The notes beneath the pieces were generated by a model. That model saw only the letters and a program-made list of their open reading frames with translations, ran no database searches and was not told where the DNA came from. DNA of 63,990 nucleotides, the filler included, from Atractiella rhizophila (Eukaryota): assembly GCA_021432655.1 (NCBI GenBank). It is 4 parts of 4 records of this genome, joined end to end, with 100 filler letters (N's around TTAATTAATTAA, not from the genome) between each part and the next. Parts side by side here need not be neighbours in the genome. Positions count along the whole stretch, not along the records: positions 16,353 to 32,541 come from MU271912.1; positions 32,642 to 48,822 come from MU271913.1; 2 more parts are not named here. The stretch is one strand, 5' to 3'. The translations under genes were made by a program, and so were the position numbers. This document shows, piece by piece, positions 28,801-41,713 of this stretch. Every line of letters starts with the position of its first letter. The first letter of the stretch is position 1.

Positions 28801-31800
28801 AAAGCTTGTGATCCTGCGAGCGAGTGCGGTAGGTCGCAACACCTTGCCTCAGCTGCCAGGCAGGCTTGAGCAAATTAGAGAGATCGAGGTTCATCGTCTT
28901 CCGATTTCGCTTTGACTCATCAACCTTGAGGAACTCAGTGTGTCCAACCATTTCGTTGATGGTCCGGAAACCGAGTTGAGCCATAATGCCTCGTAACTCT
29001 TCTGTGAGGTAATAAACTATTCGCAATATCTCAGAGGGGAAATTTCCAGGCCAGCGGGTGACGTACAGAAGTTAATGACATGTTCTGGTTGTCCTTGAAA
29101 CTTGGCTCGGAGCTCAGGGTCTTGTGTAGCAATACCAACGGGACAAGTGTTGAGATGCTGTCAAAGGATCAGAGCGGTACATCGCAGACCAAAAACGTAC
29201 ACATTTTCTCATCTAGTATCTCATCAATGTACGTCTTCAAGAGAACAAAAAAGCGCACCATGATGCAGCCCATAGCAATCAAAGGAGTGGTAGCAAAACC
29301 CCACTCTTCCGCTCCGAGCAAACAAGCCATCGCAACGTCCCTTCCAGTCCTGAGCTGTCCATCGGTCTGTACTGTAACCCTGCCTCGTAAGTCATTCAAA
29401 ACAAGGGTTTGATGGGTCTCTGACAACCCCAGCTCCCAGGGTAGACCAGCATGCCTAATACTGGTCCATCTGGCAGCTCCAGTCCCGCCATCGTGACCAG
29501 AAATGAGGATGTGGTCTGCTTTTGCCTTTGCAACACCGGAAGCGACAATGCCGACTCCTACTTCCGACACCAGCTTGACGGAAACGCGAGCGCGAGGATT
29601 TGAGCATTTTAGATCGTAGATTAACTGCTTGAGATCTTCGATACTGTAAATGTCGTGGTGTGGCCTAGGTGATGGTCAGAACATGATTCAACTTTGATGA
29701 GAAGGGAACGAACGGAGGAGAAATAAGGCCGACTCCAGCAGTCGAGTGACGAGTACGAGCGATAGACTTGGAAACCTTGTGTCCAGGGAGTTCTCCTCCC
29801 TCTCCAGGCTTCGCTCCCTGTGCCATCTTGATTTGAAGTTCATCAGAGTCGGCAAGGTAGTTGGAAGTGACACCGAATCGTCCAGCTGTCACATCATCAA
29901 AGACCAATCCGGAATGCGCACAAGTTAGACTTACACGCTACCTGCTTGATGGCCGATCGTGCACTCCTCCCATCTGCAAGAGGGTTTGACCGCTCGGCGT
30001 CTTCTCCCCCTTCTCCCGTATTACTCTTTCCTCCGATCTGGTTCATAGCAAGCGCTAGTGTGGAGTGGGCTTCCATGCTGATGGAACCATAGCTCATTGC
30101 ACCAGTGACGAACCTCTTCGCAATTTCGTGCCACGGCTCAACTTGTTCGATAGGGATGGACTGAGCCCTTTCGTAATCGAAGTCGAGTAGGCCGCGGAGG
30201 GTGACGCGCTCAACCTGCTCTTGCATGTTGGTGGAATACATGTCCCATGCTCGCTGGTTCTTTTCTCGCACAGCGTCCTGCATGTTGGCGATTCCGTGAG
30301 GGTCGTTGATGTGCGCTTCGCCTCCATCTCGCCAGTGATATTCACCAGATTCGGGGAGACCAGGAGGGATAATCGTCTCTCGCGAAGGGTACCCGCGCTC
30401 GTGAAACTCGAAAGCGTCCATGGCAAGGAGCTCAAAGGTGGTACCTTTAATTCTCGTCGCAGTTCCTGTCTCAGGGCGTCAGTAGTAATTCTAGATGAGG
30501 ACAGTTGAAAACGCACCAACGAAGCACCTATCAACAACCGATGTATCGAGACCAAGAGCTTCGAAAATTTGAGCACCTTTATAACTTTGAAGAGTAGAAA
30601 TTCCCATCTTGCTCATGACCTTAAGGATTCCATTATCACTGGCATGCTGGTAAGCCTCGATGAGTTCCTGGTCTGACATCTCCTTTTTCAGGAGACCTTC
30701 CCTCTTGATCTTGAGTAAGCTCTCCATGATCAGCCAAGGACAAACAGCATCCGCTCCATATCCGAGAAGAACGTTCAGATGGTGCACTTCTCTGGCCTCC
30801 CCAGTCTCTACAAACAGAGCGACCTTCGACCGCTTCTTCTCTTTGATCAGGTGATGATGCACACCACCACATGCGATAAGGGCAGAGATGGGCACTCTCT
30901 GCTCTCCCGTCTCCCTATCACTGAGCACCACAATCCTGAATCCTGCATCGATGGCTTCACTTGACTCCTTCTGTACCCTCTCCAGACACTTAAGATATCC
31001 ATCGAGTCCCTCGCTCTTCCCAAAAGTGATATCAATCACCTTCGACCTCCAACCCTTCTTCGCCCGCTCTATATCCTTGACCGCGTTCATTTCCTGAACG
31101 GATAGGACGGGGGAAGCGAGGCGCAGTTTGTGGCATTGGGATGGGTCCATCTCGAGAAGGTTTCCCTCAGGACCAACATAGCACTCGAGAGACATGACGA
31201 TCGATTCTCGGATGGGATCAATTGGAGGATTCGTCACTTGCGCAAAGAGCTGACAGAAATAGTCGTAGATCATACGTGGGAGAGTGGCCATGCAAGCTAG
31301 AGGTGCGTCGTTGCCCATCGACCCGAGAGGTTCCTTTCCATTCCCACCATACGATCAGTTCCTCTTTCCACCTCAAATAATAAATCTGTTGACTCACCTT
31401 TGCTTCGTTCACCATGGGCGCCAGGAGGAGGTCAAATTGTTCGAAGGTGTAGCCGAAGGCAAGGACTCTCTGATCCTTAGCCAGGCTACTGTCATTAAGA
31501 ACAGGCTGGAGGCTCTTCTCTCCCTTCTTCTCCTTCACAGTCTGAACCACCTCTTCCAACCCAAACATCTCTCTCTCCAACCAATCTCTAAAGTCCCTCT
31601 TGATCGCCGCTCCCAACTTGAGCTCTCTGTCGCTGACTATCTTTCCCTCTTGCGTATCGACCAACAGCATCTTTCCAGGCTGCAACCTCCCTTTGCGCTT
31701 CACGTTCTCCGGCTCGATATAGACGGTCCCCACCTCACTAGCGCAAATCATGATGTCGTCCTTAGTGAGGACCCATCGGCAAGGCCGCAGACCATTCCTA

Positions 31801-32541
31801 TCAAGATTTGCACCACAGAACCGTCCATCAGAGAAAGCGAATAGGGCCGGTCCGTCCCAAGGCTCCATAAGACAAGCGGCCCAGCTGTACCAAGCCCTCT
31901 TCTCCGGTTCCATCAGCGGATTGTTCTGCCAGGCTTCCGGTATCATCATCATAACGGCTTCTGGGAGCGTGAGCACTCCATTGATGACGAGGAGCTCCAG
32001 CACGTTATCGAACGAGGCCGAATCCGATCCTCCAGGTTCCACGACGGGATAGAGGGATTCTAGGTCGGCATCAAAGCGAGTCGACTTTAGGATACCCTCT
32101 CGAGCGGTCATCCAGTTCTTGTTACCCCTGATTGTGTTGATTTCACCTATTTTTCATTCGTTTAATCAATCGAAAAAGATTGGAAGATGTAACGAGAATG
32201 CGTACCGTTGTGTGCTGCCCATCTCATGGGTTGTGCTCTTTCCCACGAGGGGAAGGTGTTTGTAGAAAACCTAGAGTGTACTAGAACGAAGTGGGATTTG
32301 AACAGGACATGGTTGCTATTCCATTGTACTCGCATCAGTGTTGTTCCATAGCTAACGTAACCGGAGGAAAGAACTTACAGGTCGTGGTAGTAGTTATACA
32401 CCTGACTAGGCGTCAACTGACCCTTATAAACCAAATTCTTATTACTCAGTGAGCAGATATAAAACCCCTTGCTCAAGCCTCCAATCAAATGCGTGACCCT
32501 TTTTCTCAGCACGTACAACTGCCTCTCGAACCGCTTCTCAT
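25810..32541 (-). CDS. GLT1: NADH-dependent glutamate synthase (5' end cut by contig end)
   Basis: [51 protein letters not shown] domain, [41 protein letters not shown]: fused alpha+beta eukaryotic architecture. Confidence 0.98.
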
Positions 32542-32641
32542 NNNNNNNNNNNNNNNNNNNNNNNNNNNNNNNNNNNNNNNNNNNNTTAATTAATTAANNN
32601 NNNNNNNNNNNNNNNNNNNNNNNNNNNNNNNNNNNNNNNNN
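32542..32641. other. Artificial contig-joining spacer
   Basis: 44 N + TTAATTAATTAA + 44 N. Confidence 0.97.
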
Positions 32642-32931
32642 TCCTCATCTTGCGCCTCACCAGCGGCCTCCCTAAACTTCTCGCTCCTCGCTCTCGTCCT
32701 CGCGCTCCTCCTCAACCCCGCTCCGCTCCGCTCCTCCTCCTCCTCCTCGCCGTTTAACTTGCACGTAGCTGTCGGCGATTTCGAAATTTTCGACCCGTCC
32801 TCCTCCCGCTCATGCGGATGCGAATGGGCATGGTCGTGCTGGGAGGAGCTCTCGGGCGATGTCTCGACGGTGGCCCTGCTCTCCCTGCTGCCCGTGCTCC
32901 CCGCCGTCGACAGTCGTGTCGTCCTGCCCAT
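32642..32931 (-). CDS. Low-complexity N-terminal fragment of an unknown protein (truncated by contig end)
   Basis: GC-rich open frame MGRTTRLSTAGS...LRRSARTRARSEK running into the spacer. Confidence 0.4.
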
Positions 32932-35366
32932 GCCGAAGGATATGCCGGGGTGAGCCTACCGAGTGTCTTGCGTGGCCGAGTGACGAGTGACGTGCTGGGT
33001 GTGTGCTGCCTGCCCGTGCCTGGATGGGTGCAGGTGGCGAGTGTGCGATAATCCCAGGGAAATGGAGAGGCTCACCCGATGGAAAACTTGAAAAGATTCG
33101 ATTGCGAGGTCACTTCGTGGAACGACTCGCCCCTCTTGCACCCCGACAACCTTAACCTTCGCCCATCTCCTTCCTTCTGGACTGCCATCTCACCATATCT
33201 CTTTCAGTTGCAGTTGTCTGATATTTAAGCATGTAGATGGTAAGGCTGACATTGTAGAGATAGAGATAGAGTGGAGAGAAGAGAAGGATGGTCGTTTGAG
33301 AATTGAGCTGCTGTCATGGCGCCAGGATTGCAAAGCAAAGCAAAGGCCGATCGTGACTTAACGTATGTACCTACCCAGCAAGCTCCATAATTAAGCGCGA
33401 ATCTTGATCCAACCGTCACAATCGTGTATATATACGTTCGTCCAATCAGCTCCCTTTCACTAGGACTGCTTTCACTTTCAACGCTGAGGCACTTTGAGGG
33501 GATGGTGATCGATGATCGATCTCGTGCCAGCTTGTTTTCACGTTACATGCCACAATTCTTGATCCTTCATTTGATCCTGGAAGAGGAATCCTCCATCCAC
33601 GTTGGGATGGGATCGCAGCCGATGTACTTTCAGAGGTCGCACACAGCTCTCAACCCGCAGATGCTCGGCACTCAGACGCAGCAAACCAAAGTACGCATGA
33701 TTACAAGCTCCATGCTTTTCCTTGAGGAGCTTGAAGCCTTGAGGATGGTAATCACTCCAGAGGAATGATGATCGATCAATCTCCTCCTCTCTGACAGGTT
33801 GGGCCGTTCCGTCTCGACTCCATTCTCCAGCCATTATGATAACTGCTACTTTATTTTATTCAGTCACCCGGCTGCGGCCATTTCTAGACTGCGCTGGACT
33901 ATTATATTCATCGACCGTAATAATGTAAATGCACACTCTAGCTCCGGGCACCAGATAAGGATTATATTCTGCTTCAGAAATATTTATGGCTGCTGCTACC
34001 CTAGTAGTAGCGCTTCCAGGATTGATCCAAGGGGCAATCTTGATAACCCCATGACAATATAATATCGCCAAGTCGTTGTCCTCTTCTTCAAAACTTTCAT
34101 ACACAAGATGATTGCCACCTTTGTTACAAGGAGGAACATGTTCAAACTTGTCGTGTGGAGGAACGAGGTGCTCAGGGAACACTCGGAGGATGGGGAGACC
34201 ACAGAAGATGGGACTCGAAATTGAAGGCTGATGGAGTTGAGTTGGGAGGAGAGAACCTTCCGAGTCTTTCGCGCTGTCGGTGGTGTCCTGCGCGTATTCA
34301 TGATTGAGCCCGAATTGCCTAGAACTGCTTCATTGGAACTTGGGGATCGGCAATTCCTTTACCTTGTCAGTGGTGTTGAAGGAATATGATTATGCGGCGG
34401 GTAAGGTCAGGAAGCCTGCCCCTGCCTTGATGGAGTTCAAGCTGCAGACGTTCCACTGTTCCACGCCACAGCAGTTTGCACGGATCGGTCGATGTCTTCG
34501 GTGTATTTTCATTTCAAGGTGGAAACTTCAGACGAGGAAGAAATAGCTCTCTGCGAAGTGGGGATATCCTTCTCCAATTGATGGCTTGCTGGACTGGACT
34601 GAAAGTAGCAAGATATTTAGAGTGGGTGCAGTTCGAGTCAGGTCAGGACCTCGTTACAAAGCGACGAAGTCAAATCAGTTCCTCCTATTGCCAGAGAAGA
34701 GAAGGATTGTTGCAGATCGATCGTTGGTACCAGCCCACATCCGCCTGGTACCGTATTTTCTTGCGTCTCTTCGTTTCAGCATGTGGAGCTAATGACAATT
34801 TGAATGTCAGAGTGAATCCCACTCAAGCTACCACGAAAAGCACTACTAGTGTCGTAATGGCAACCATCCGTCTATACCTTCCGAATTGCTGCTGCAGATC
34901 TTCGAAATCCTCGCGGCACACAAGGCGACCAAAACGTGACGAATGTCGCATTCGTCAATTCCGAGGCGTGCAGTTTGATTCGATCGATGTACCTGTCCCC
35001 TCCACTAGTCAACAAGATACGGTGCTTCCCTCCTCGACTTTAACTTAAGACTTCCTGTCGCCAAGATCAATCGGGTTCTTTCCTTCGTGCGGCGGCCCTC
35101 CTCTCGTCTTCCTCACTTCAAGGCCTGATCGTGAAGAGTCCCGACCATCAAACAGGGACGAGAAGAAGCAGGATGGGATGTCCCTTTGGGAGGCTCTGGA
35201 GAAGTCTTGGATGTCGTGGGGCGACAGCTCAAGGAACTGGACATCATGCTTTGAAGATGACAACTCCGCTCCCTCCCTTCGATTGTCCGCGAATCTCATG
35301 GCTCTCCTCGTCCGATCAGCTTACAATCCATTGGGGAGTTCATCCATGGGCGGTTAAAATAATATA

Positions 35367-36412
35367 TCATTTCCTGCCCTCCGTCACCTTAACACTATAA
35401 TCCCAAACCAGTTGATTCACTTTGGCATTCAAATTATCGTTCTTTTTCGCCGGCTCCGCTTTCTCATTTAAACTCCATCCTCCCTTCTTCCACGCTTCCT
35501 CGCTCGACCAGGGACGATACCACATCCATTCTGCCGATTCTTCCGGCGTCCTCGAAAATACCTTAAACAACGACGCTACTGTGGACAACGGAAAAGGAAG
35601 TCCGTTGCTGATTGGCGTCGCTACAAAACCGGGAAACATATGGAGGGCCAAAATACGCGGATAGCGACGAGACAATTCCTGTGCTGGCCATCAGCCGCCG
35701 ATGTGATGGATGATGAAGGCGAGAAGCTCACGTTGACCATAATATCGTTATACGTGATGGCAGTTCTCGCAGCATTCCCCTGAGAATAGTGTTTTGCGAT
35801 ACCCAGATCGTCCTCGATTACCTGTCCTCCAGAGCCTGGGTGAAGGATAGAAATGACCGACGCCTTCTCTTCTCTCTTCCCTGCTTCCTCCACTAGATCA
35901 ATCAGGTCGTACGCGAACCGAAAACGGGAGAAATAATGAAGCTGAAGCTTATAATCGAGACCGTCTTTCGTAGGCGTGAAACCTTTCAAGGACAGAAGAC
36001 CAGGGGATAAAACGATGAAATTGATCTTCTCCAATTTCTCTCTCAGCTCCTTCGTCACCTTCCTTACTTGCTCCAAATCGCCGACGTCACATTTGATGAA
36101 CTCGGCCTTTCCCTCTTCATGTTTTGGCCAACTCTGCAGGATCTGCTTCGCCTTCTCTTCGTTCCGCCCAAGAAGGATGATATGCGCTCTCCCTCCTGTC
36201 TGACGCGCCAGTTTGGTGGCCATAGCTTCTCCCACGCCACTCGTACCGCCTAGGAAGAGCGAAACAGGAGGAGTGGGAGGTTGGAAGAAGGAGTTCGATT
36301 CCACAACGCGCTGAAAAGACATAGATCTCGGAGTAAAGTAGATATATGCAACAGCGGAGAAAACGAGAGGGACGAGCAAGTAAGTGGTGAATCGACTTCG
36401 TTTGAAGGGCAT
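35367..36412 (-). CDS. Atypical short-chain dehydrogenase/reductase
   Basis: Rossmann LFLGGTSGVG, IILLGRN, EFIKCDV, DGLDYKLQLHYFSRFRF and HMFPGFVAT; one intron near 35680-35731. Confidence 0.88.
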
Positions 36413-37712
36413 TTAGCGTCCGTCTAGGAAGAAGGCGTGCCTTTGTATCCTCAGAAGCCGTAGGCCAGGTCATCCCGGCAAATTACCCCAGTTCTCATGC
36501 TCCTCCATCCTGAAAGTGGAGCTTGCAGAGGGTGGAGCTCGGGACCGTGACCGCTGTCTCCCTACTTTTACGTGCATGTGTATGCTTCCTTCCATGACGC
36601 AACTAGTTTTTAATATTGGCATGTTAATGGCCGCTCCTTCACGCTCCAACAGGAGCAGCCAAAGAACGTAAAGAAACCACAATGTCTCGACGACGTCTGC
36701 CTCAGCAGTATACGACTGTAAGTTCATGCGCATTCCTCTCCTATCTAAAGGCAAAAGTTTTCGCGTAGCGATTCTAGCAACCAGTAATCAATCGCCAGAA
36801 GTGAAAGAGATTACAAACTTGGATTATAGCCAGAGTAAGACACAACGCGACTTAGGGAAAATGGGGTGACATCTCACTTCCCGCTCAACACCACTTACTT
36901 AAGAATCATCGTCCTCCGTTTGTCAACGTCAAGGATTGAACCAAACTCACAGCCCATTGTAAAGTTTACGGAACCGAAGTTCAGAATTTGGCGTCGGACA
37001 ATTAACGTAGTAGGAGTCGTATTGTTAGAATGTGACAATGGACCATATAGGGAATCCTTAACGCCTGGTTTACTTAGAACAAAATTAGAAGCTTTTGGGA
37101 CAGGTTTGCTCATCCCGCAACGTGAATCTGCACATCCCATAACCACCAGTATAACATGAACCTTTCCTGCTGACATCCTATCTGTCCAGCACTTTCCCTG
37201 CTTTCCCTGATGACATATATCTCCTTGCGTGAAATGTGGCTGGGAAGTTTTGGTGGCTCGGTGACTGGTCATAATGGAGTGAGATACAGTTTTTTTCTCT
37301 TTTCTTTGGCATCCTTGTCTGGACCTAGGGGAAGTCTCCGGGAGGGACAAACGTTGGACATTGATCTTAGGAAACACCGCAGTGGCTCTCTGAAGTGGGC
37401 TAGGGATCTACGGCCGCCTGTGCCATCTCTTGTTGACCAATCAGCGAGGAGCCCCAGGAGGAGCCCCTACAGCACACATTGTACACCTGAATATCTTTCT
37501 CCTTGCTTCAAATGCTTCCACCTTCCTTTATTAGAGTGTTCCACAATATGCTCTCCGGCTCTGGCTGAGCTATGATTGAACGTCGAACATGATTGCAAGG
37601 GTCATTACAGCACAATTGTACAGGACCATGTCGATGAGGAGGAACACAGGGAACAGCACATTAACCGAACAGACAAAACGAAATGATACACACACCCAAG
37701 ACATATCACATC

Positions 37713-39680
37713 TCAAAGTATCCACCTACTCTTCCCTGCCTCCCAATCCATGACCGTCTCACCGTCTCCAACCGCGACCTCCCTCCTGCCTCCTTCACTC
37801 AACACCCAAACCGCCGTTCTCCAATCCGGCCAAACGATCGGTTCTCCCCTCTCCTCCGCCTCTCCCTCCGCTTCCAACGAAGTCCCGAAATCCCCCTCAC
37901 CTCTCCTCACCCTCTCCTCATCGATTCCAAACCTTTCCAGCGCCTCCCACCCGCTCCCGAACGGCTCGTCGTCCGCGTCCATGTGGGTGGTGAAGGAGAA
38001 GGATACAGCAAGGACCATCGTCATCCAGTTGCTCTCCTTCGTTCCTTGCGACATGCCGCTGAAGTCGAACGGACGCGATGGGATCAGTGGGAGAGTGGAA
38101 CGGTAGAGGAGGTGCGGGGAGGAGGTGGCAGGTGTGGGGAGGAAGAGGAAGCCTCGTGAGGTTGCGGTCCATGGGGCAAGGTGGACCACTTGTGCTGTCT
38201 CCTGGGTCCGGGGAACAAGGGTATTTTCTCTTCTGGGAGGGCCGGGAGGATCTCGAGGATGGACGGGTTTCGTGGTATCCAACAGAGGAGCCACAGGTTG
38301 AGGAGGACTATGGAACGGTTGGCTTCTCATCTCGCTAGCTATTGCAATTGATGGTGGAGGGATGGAGATATTGGATGGGGACGAAGAGAGCGAGATCGGA
38401 GGTGTCCACCCACTGACTCCCTGAAAGAGGGGAGAAGCAGAGGGGGAGCGTCGTACTCCAGCTGGACCGCCTGGATTGGGGAGTACGAGGTTGCGGTGCT
38501 CTCGTTGCATGATGTGAGGGTCGAGATCACATGAAAGTGTGGCGGGAGGCAGGATGTCGTCTGATATTGACATGGCGGGCGATGCGTACGGAGGAAATTC
38601 GTCTGGTGTCGCGCCGTAAACATGATACGAAGGACAATCTGGGGAATTTCAGTTGACCACGCAAGAGAAAGAAAGAAAGATGGTAAAGGACGTACCAGTG
38701 GTAATGTCCAAGTCTTGATCTGGGATATCAAAGGATGGTTCCACGATCCCTAAGTGCATCAACTTTGTTGGGTTCCCAGGGATGGATGTACAAGCGAGGA
38801 GGGGGCATGCAACGGGGTTCCGTCTGCAGAAGCGGATGAAGGAAGAAGTGAGTGTGTCATCATGGATGATGAGGACGTTTACACGCTGATTCTGTCACAA
38901 TCGAAATCGGTCTCGAAGAAGGAAGAGAGTGGGGCAATAAGTAATCAGACACATACCGATGTTGCACCACCCTCTCTCGTCGAACCACCTTCCCTACATG
39001 CTTTCCTGATCGCCAGTGCCTCTTCCATCCTCTGCCTCCCAACATCCACACGAACCGCCTCGAACGTCCTGCTCCTAGCTCTCCCAATCCTCTCCACCAC
39101 AGCAGTAGGGGTTCCAATCTCCATCACTTCTTCGACTTCCGTCTTAAGATCGGGAGGAAGGATGGGCACAGGATCGATATCTCTTCGAATGACCACCCTC
39201 CTCTTCCTCTCAATCGCCTCATCCGGATCCTCATGTTCGCCAAAGAGCTTGCTCAAACTGCCCGTCTTCTTCTTCTTCGGAGTCGAATCAGGGGTAAGAT
39301 CTCGATCGTTAGTTTGCAGAGCGCGAGACAGGGCAGAGTAGGCGGGCTTGTGTGGCAGCTCGACTGAAAAGACAGACTCGCCAGGCTCAGAGGCCCCATC
39401 GTGTAGGAGACTGTATGGATGTCATGTCAGCCCAGAATGATGATCTGATTGCTTCTTACCTCTCTTCCGTTGGTGTTGGAGAATCAGGACGCGAAGGTTT
39501 AAGGACAGGCTGGACTCCAACGGCCATGATGCGATATCGACGTTCCTAACTGCGTCGTAGAGGGTTCCTAGCTGAATTTGTCGTGAATAAGGTGAGGAGG
39601 GAGATGACCAGCTGTCCACTTCTGTTCAGGTTAGGGTCAGGGTCCATTCATCATGTTTCTTTGCAGCTTGCAGCAGACAT
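37713..39680 (-). CDS. Degenerate DUF1445 / D-glutamate cyclase-like protein (5' end uncertain)
   Basis: Spliced AIRKACREG...NQRVNVLII...FIRFCRRNPVACPLL...DLDITTDCPSYHVY, then VLAVSFSF, EPFGSGWEALERFGI and GEPIVW, colinear with DUF1445 motifs. Confidence 0.7.
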
Positions 39681-39898
39681 GGTGAAAGCTGCGTACAATG
39701 CAGTAATTTCAATTGGTTAGATATCATTCGAGCAAGCATACAGTACTACTCAAATACCTTCCATCGTAACGATGACTGCAGTGCGCTATTGAGTTTTGTG
39801 TCCTTTATAACCTCTTCTGCCAGTAGATAAAACAAACGTGGTAATGACATCGCCCCAACGATGGGAACGGAATCAAAGCACTCAAACAAGCATTCATT

Positions 39899-41713
39899 TC
39901 AAAGCCAATGCCAGTCGTTGTTAGGAAGATGCTCGGCTTTCGTAGAATTGTCAGTCAGACAAGCGAAGAGTGACAAGCTTAGCATACCCGTTATAGATAA
40001 CGTAATGCCCATCTTCTCAAGGAGTTCCTCCAACCTAGTCCTTCCTTCTTCCTTCGCTGACAGGTCCAGGAACTCGCGTCTTTTTCTAGCGAAACCCTCA
40101 GTTGGATTAGTTTCAGGCCCTCGAATTTCGACGTGTTTCAAAGGCACATCCTTTTCAAATCGACCATCGCATAGAGATTCCAGTAGGTTGCAGAGTGGCC
40201 GAGTAAATCTTGCTCGTTCTTTGTCGCCGATATAGAGCATACAGAGCTGTTGAAGGTTCGGCGGAATGCGCAGAGGAAGGAACGACAAGTGAAGTACCTT
40301 TAACTGAAGGCATATCGTTAAAACCTCCTGGAAGTCTTCCTGCATCTGCGTGCTCATGGACGGAAAGATGTTGAACCTAAAGGCTTGCAAGGTGGCAGAT
40401 GTACCACGTAAAAAGCGCAAAAAGGAATCGCGTAGATGATAGGTCGAACGATTCGTCTGTTCCAGTCTCAAATGTCTGAGCGACCAAGTTGAGGTTGACG
40501 GTGACAACGCCTCTAAGAGCATGAAAAAGGAGTGCGCAAAATCATTCTCCAGGTCGAGAGAAGTAAGGTTGGAAAACTTTGGCATCCATCCTCTATCTTC
40601 ATTAAGTTTCAGCAACCATGTCTCCACCCTCCCGCGGTCAGTAGCTTCATGTTTATTGTGAAAAGAACGGGAGCGCGTCGCCAATTTCAAATGTTTGAGC
40701 CCATGGCTGAACTGAATAGCGTGGAAGAAAACACTGCCGAAATTCGATTGAAAGGAGTCGTAGATTAGGATAAGTCTTTTCAATCCACTTGCGTTACTCA
40801 AAACGGTCGATAGAGGCTTCCAGTCAATTGTGTGAGGAGCCTTGACCCAAAATATTCCAAATATTCTGAGCGAATCTAACTTGGGGAGGCAATACGCGAG
40901 GATCGCGAAATAAACAGGGTTCAAGTCTTCAAAACCTAAGCGAACCTTGATCGTTAATGCTCGGATTGCACACCGAAGTTGAGTCGGAAGGTTAGAAAAT
41001 CGAGGTATGTAAACTGCTGGATGCTCCGGTGGGGGACAGCGGTAGTGGATAGGAAGGACCTTTTCTCCCATTCAACATGAGGGGATTGGCAGACAAATCT
41101 TACGATAAGGTAAAGACGACGAGACAAACAAAGACATGAGTGCAGATCTGCATGCGACTCGCGTCCCAGTCGCTCGAGGACCATCTCAATCAGCTCGTTC
41201 GGAAGAAGTTCAAAAGGTGACAAAATAACTGGGTTCATTGCGCCGGAACTCGCTGGTGCACTCAAGAGTTCTTCGGTTTCAGTCTCCTGCCTGGCATTGA
41301 AACACTCCTGTAGAACAGCTGTAGATCTTTCGTACAATTCGTGACGGCTTTCGCTTCAGAATGCCGAGACAGTTGATCAGTAGACCTCCACATTTGGACA
41401 AACGGGGCGTAACTCACTCTTCGCCCATAAAATGAAATTCAAATTTGTGTTTCGAAACAGCCTTCCGGATGGCTTCAAGCATCTCCCTGAGCTCAGTGCC
41501 TTCTTGATCCATAGACCGAAAACATAGGATGTGGTATTTCAACCAAAAGCTTTTGAGATCGAGAAGCGCCTGTTGTAAGACACTCTGGTTTGATGTTGGA
41601 TCCACCATATCGGCGAACTGTGTATGCAGACACTCCATGAGTTTCCCTGCAGTAGATGCAAGGATAATATACCCGCAAGAGCTACAGCTGGAGTAAGTCG
41701 TCCTGGAGAACAA
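39899..41713 (-). CDS. F-box protein with LRR-like C-terminal region (5' extent uncertain)
   Basis: FELLPNELIEMVLERL...DLHSCLCLSRRLYLI|VLPIHYR F-box, followed by LxxLxL repeats (LDSLRI, LKRLIL, LKHLKL, LTSLDL, LRHLRL). An upstream exon ending near 41418 splices in frame. Confidence 0.75.

Noticed and set aside
36895..37180. GCADSR resembling the beta-carbonic anhydrase CxDSR motif
   Set aside because: The downstream RNxxN and HxxC zinc-ligand motifs are absent.
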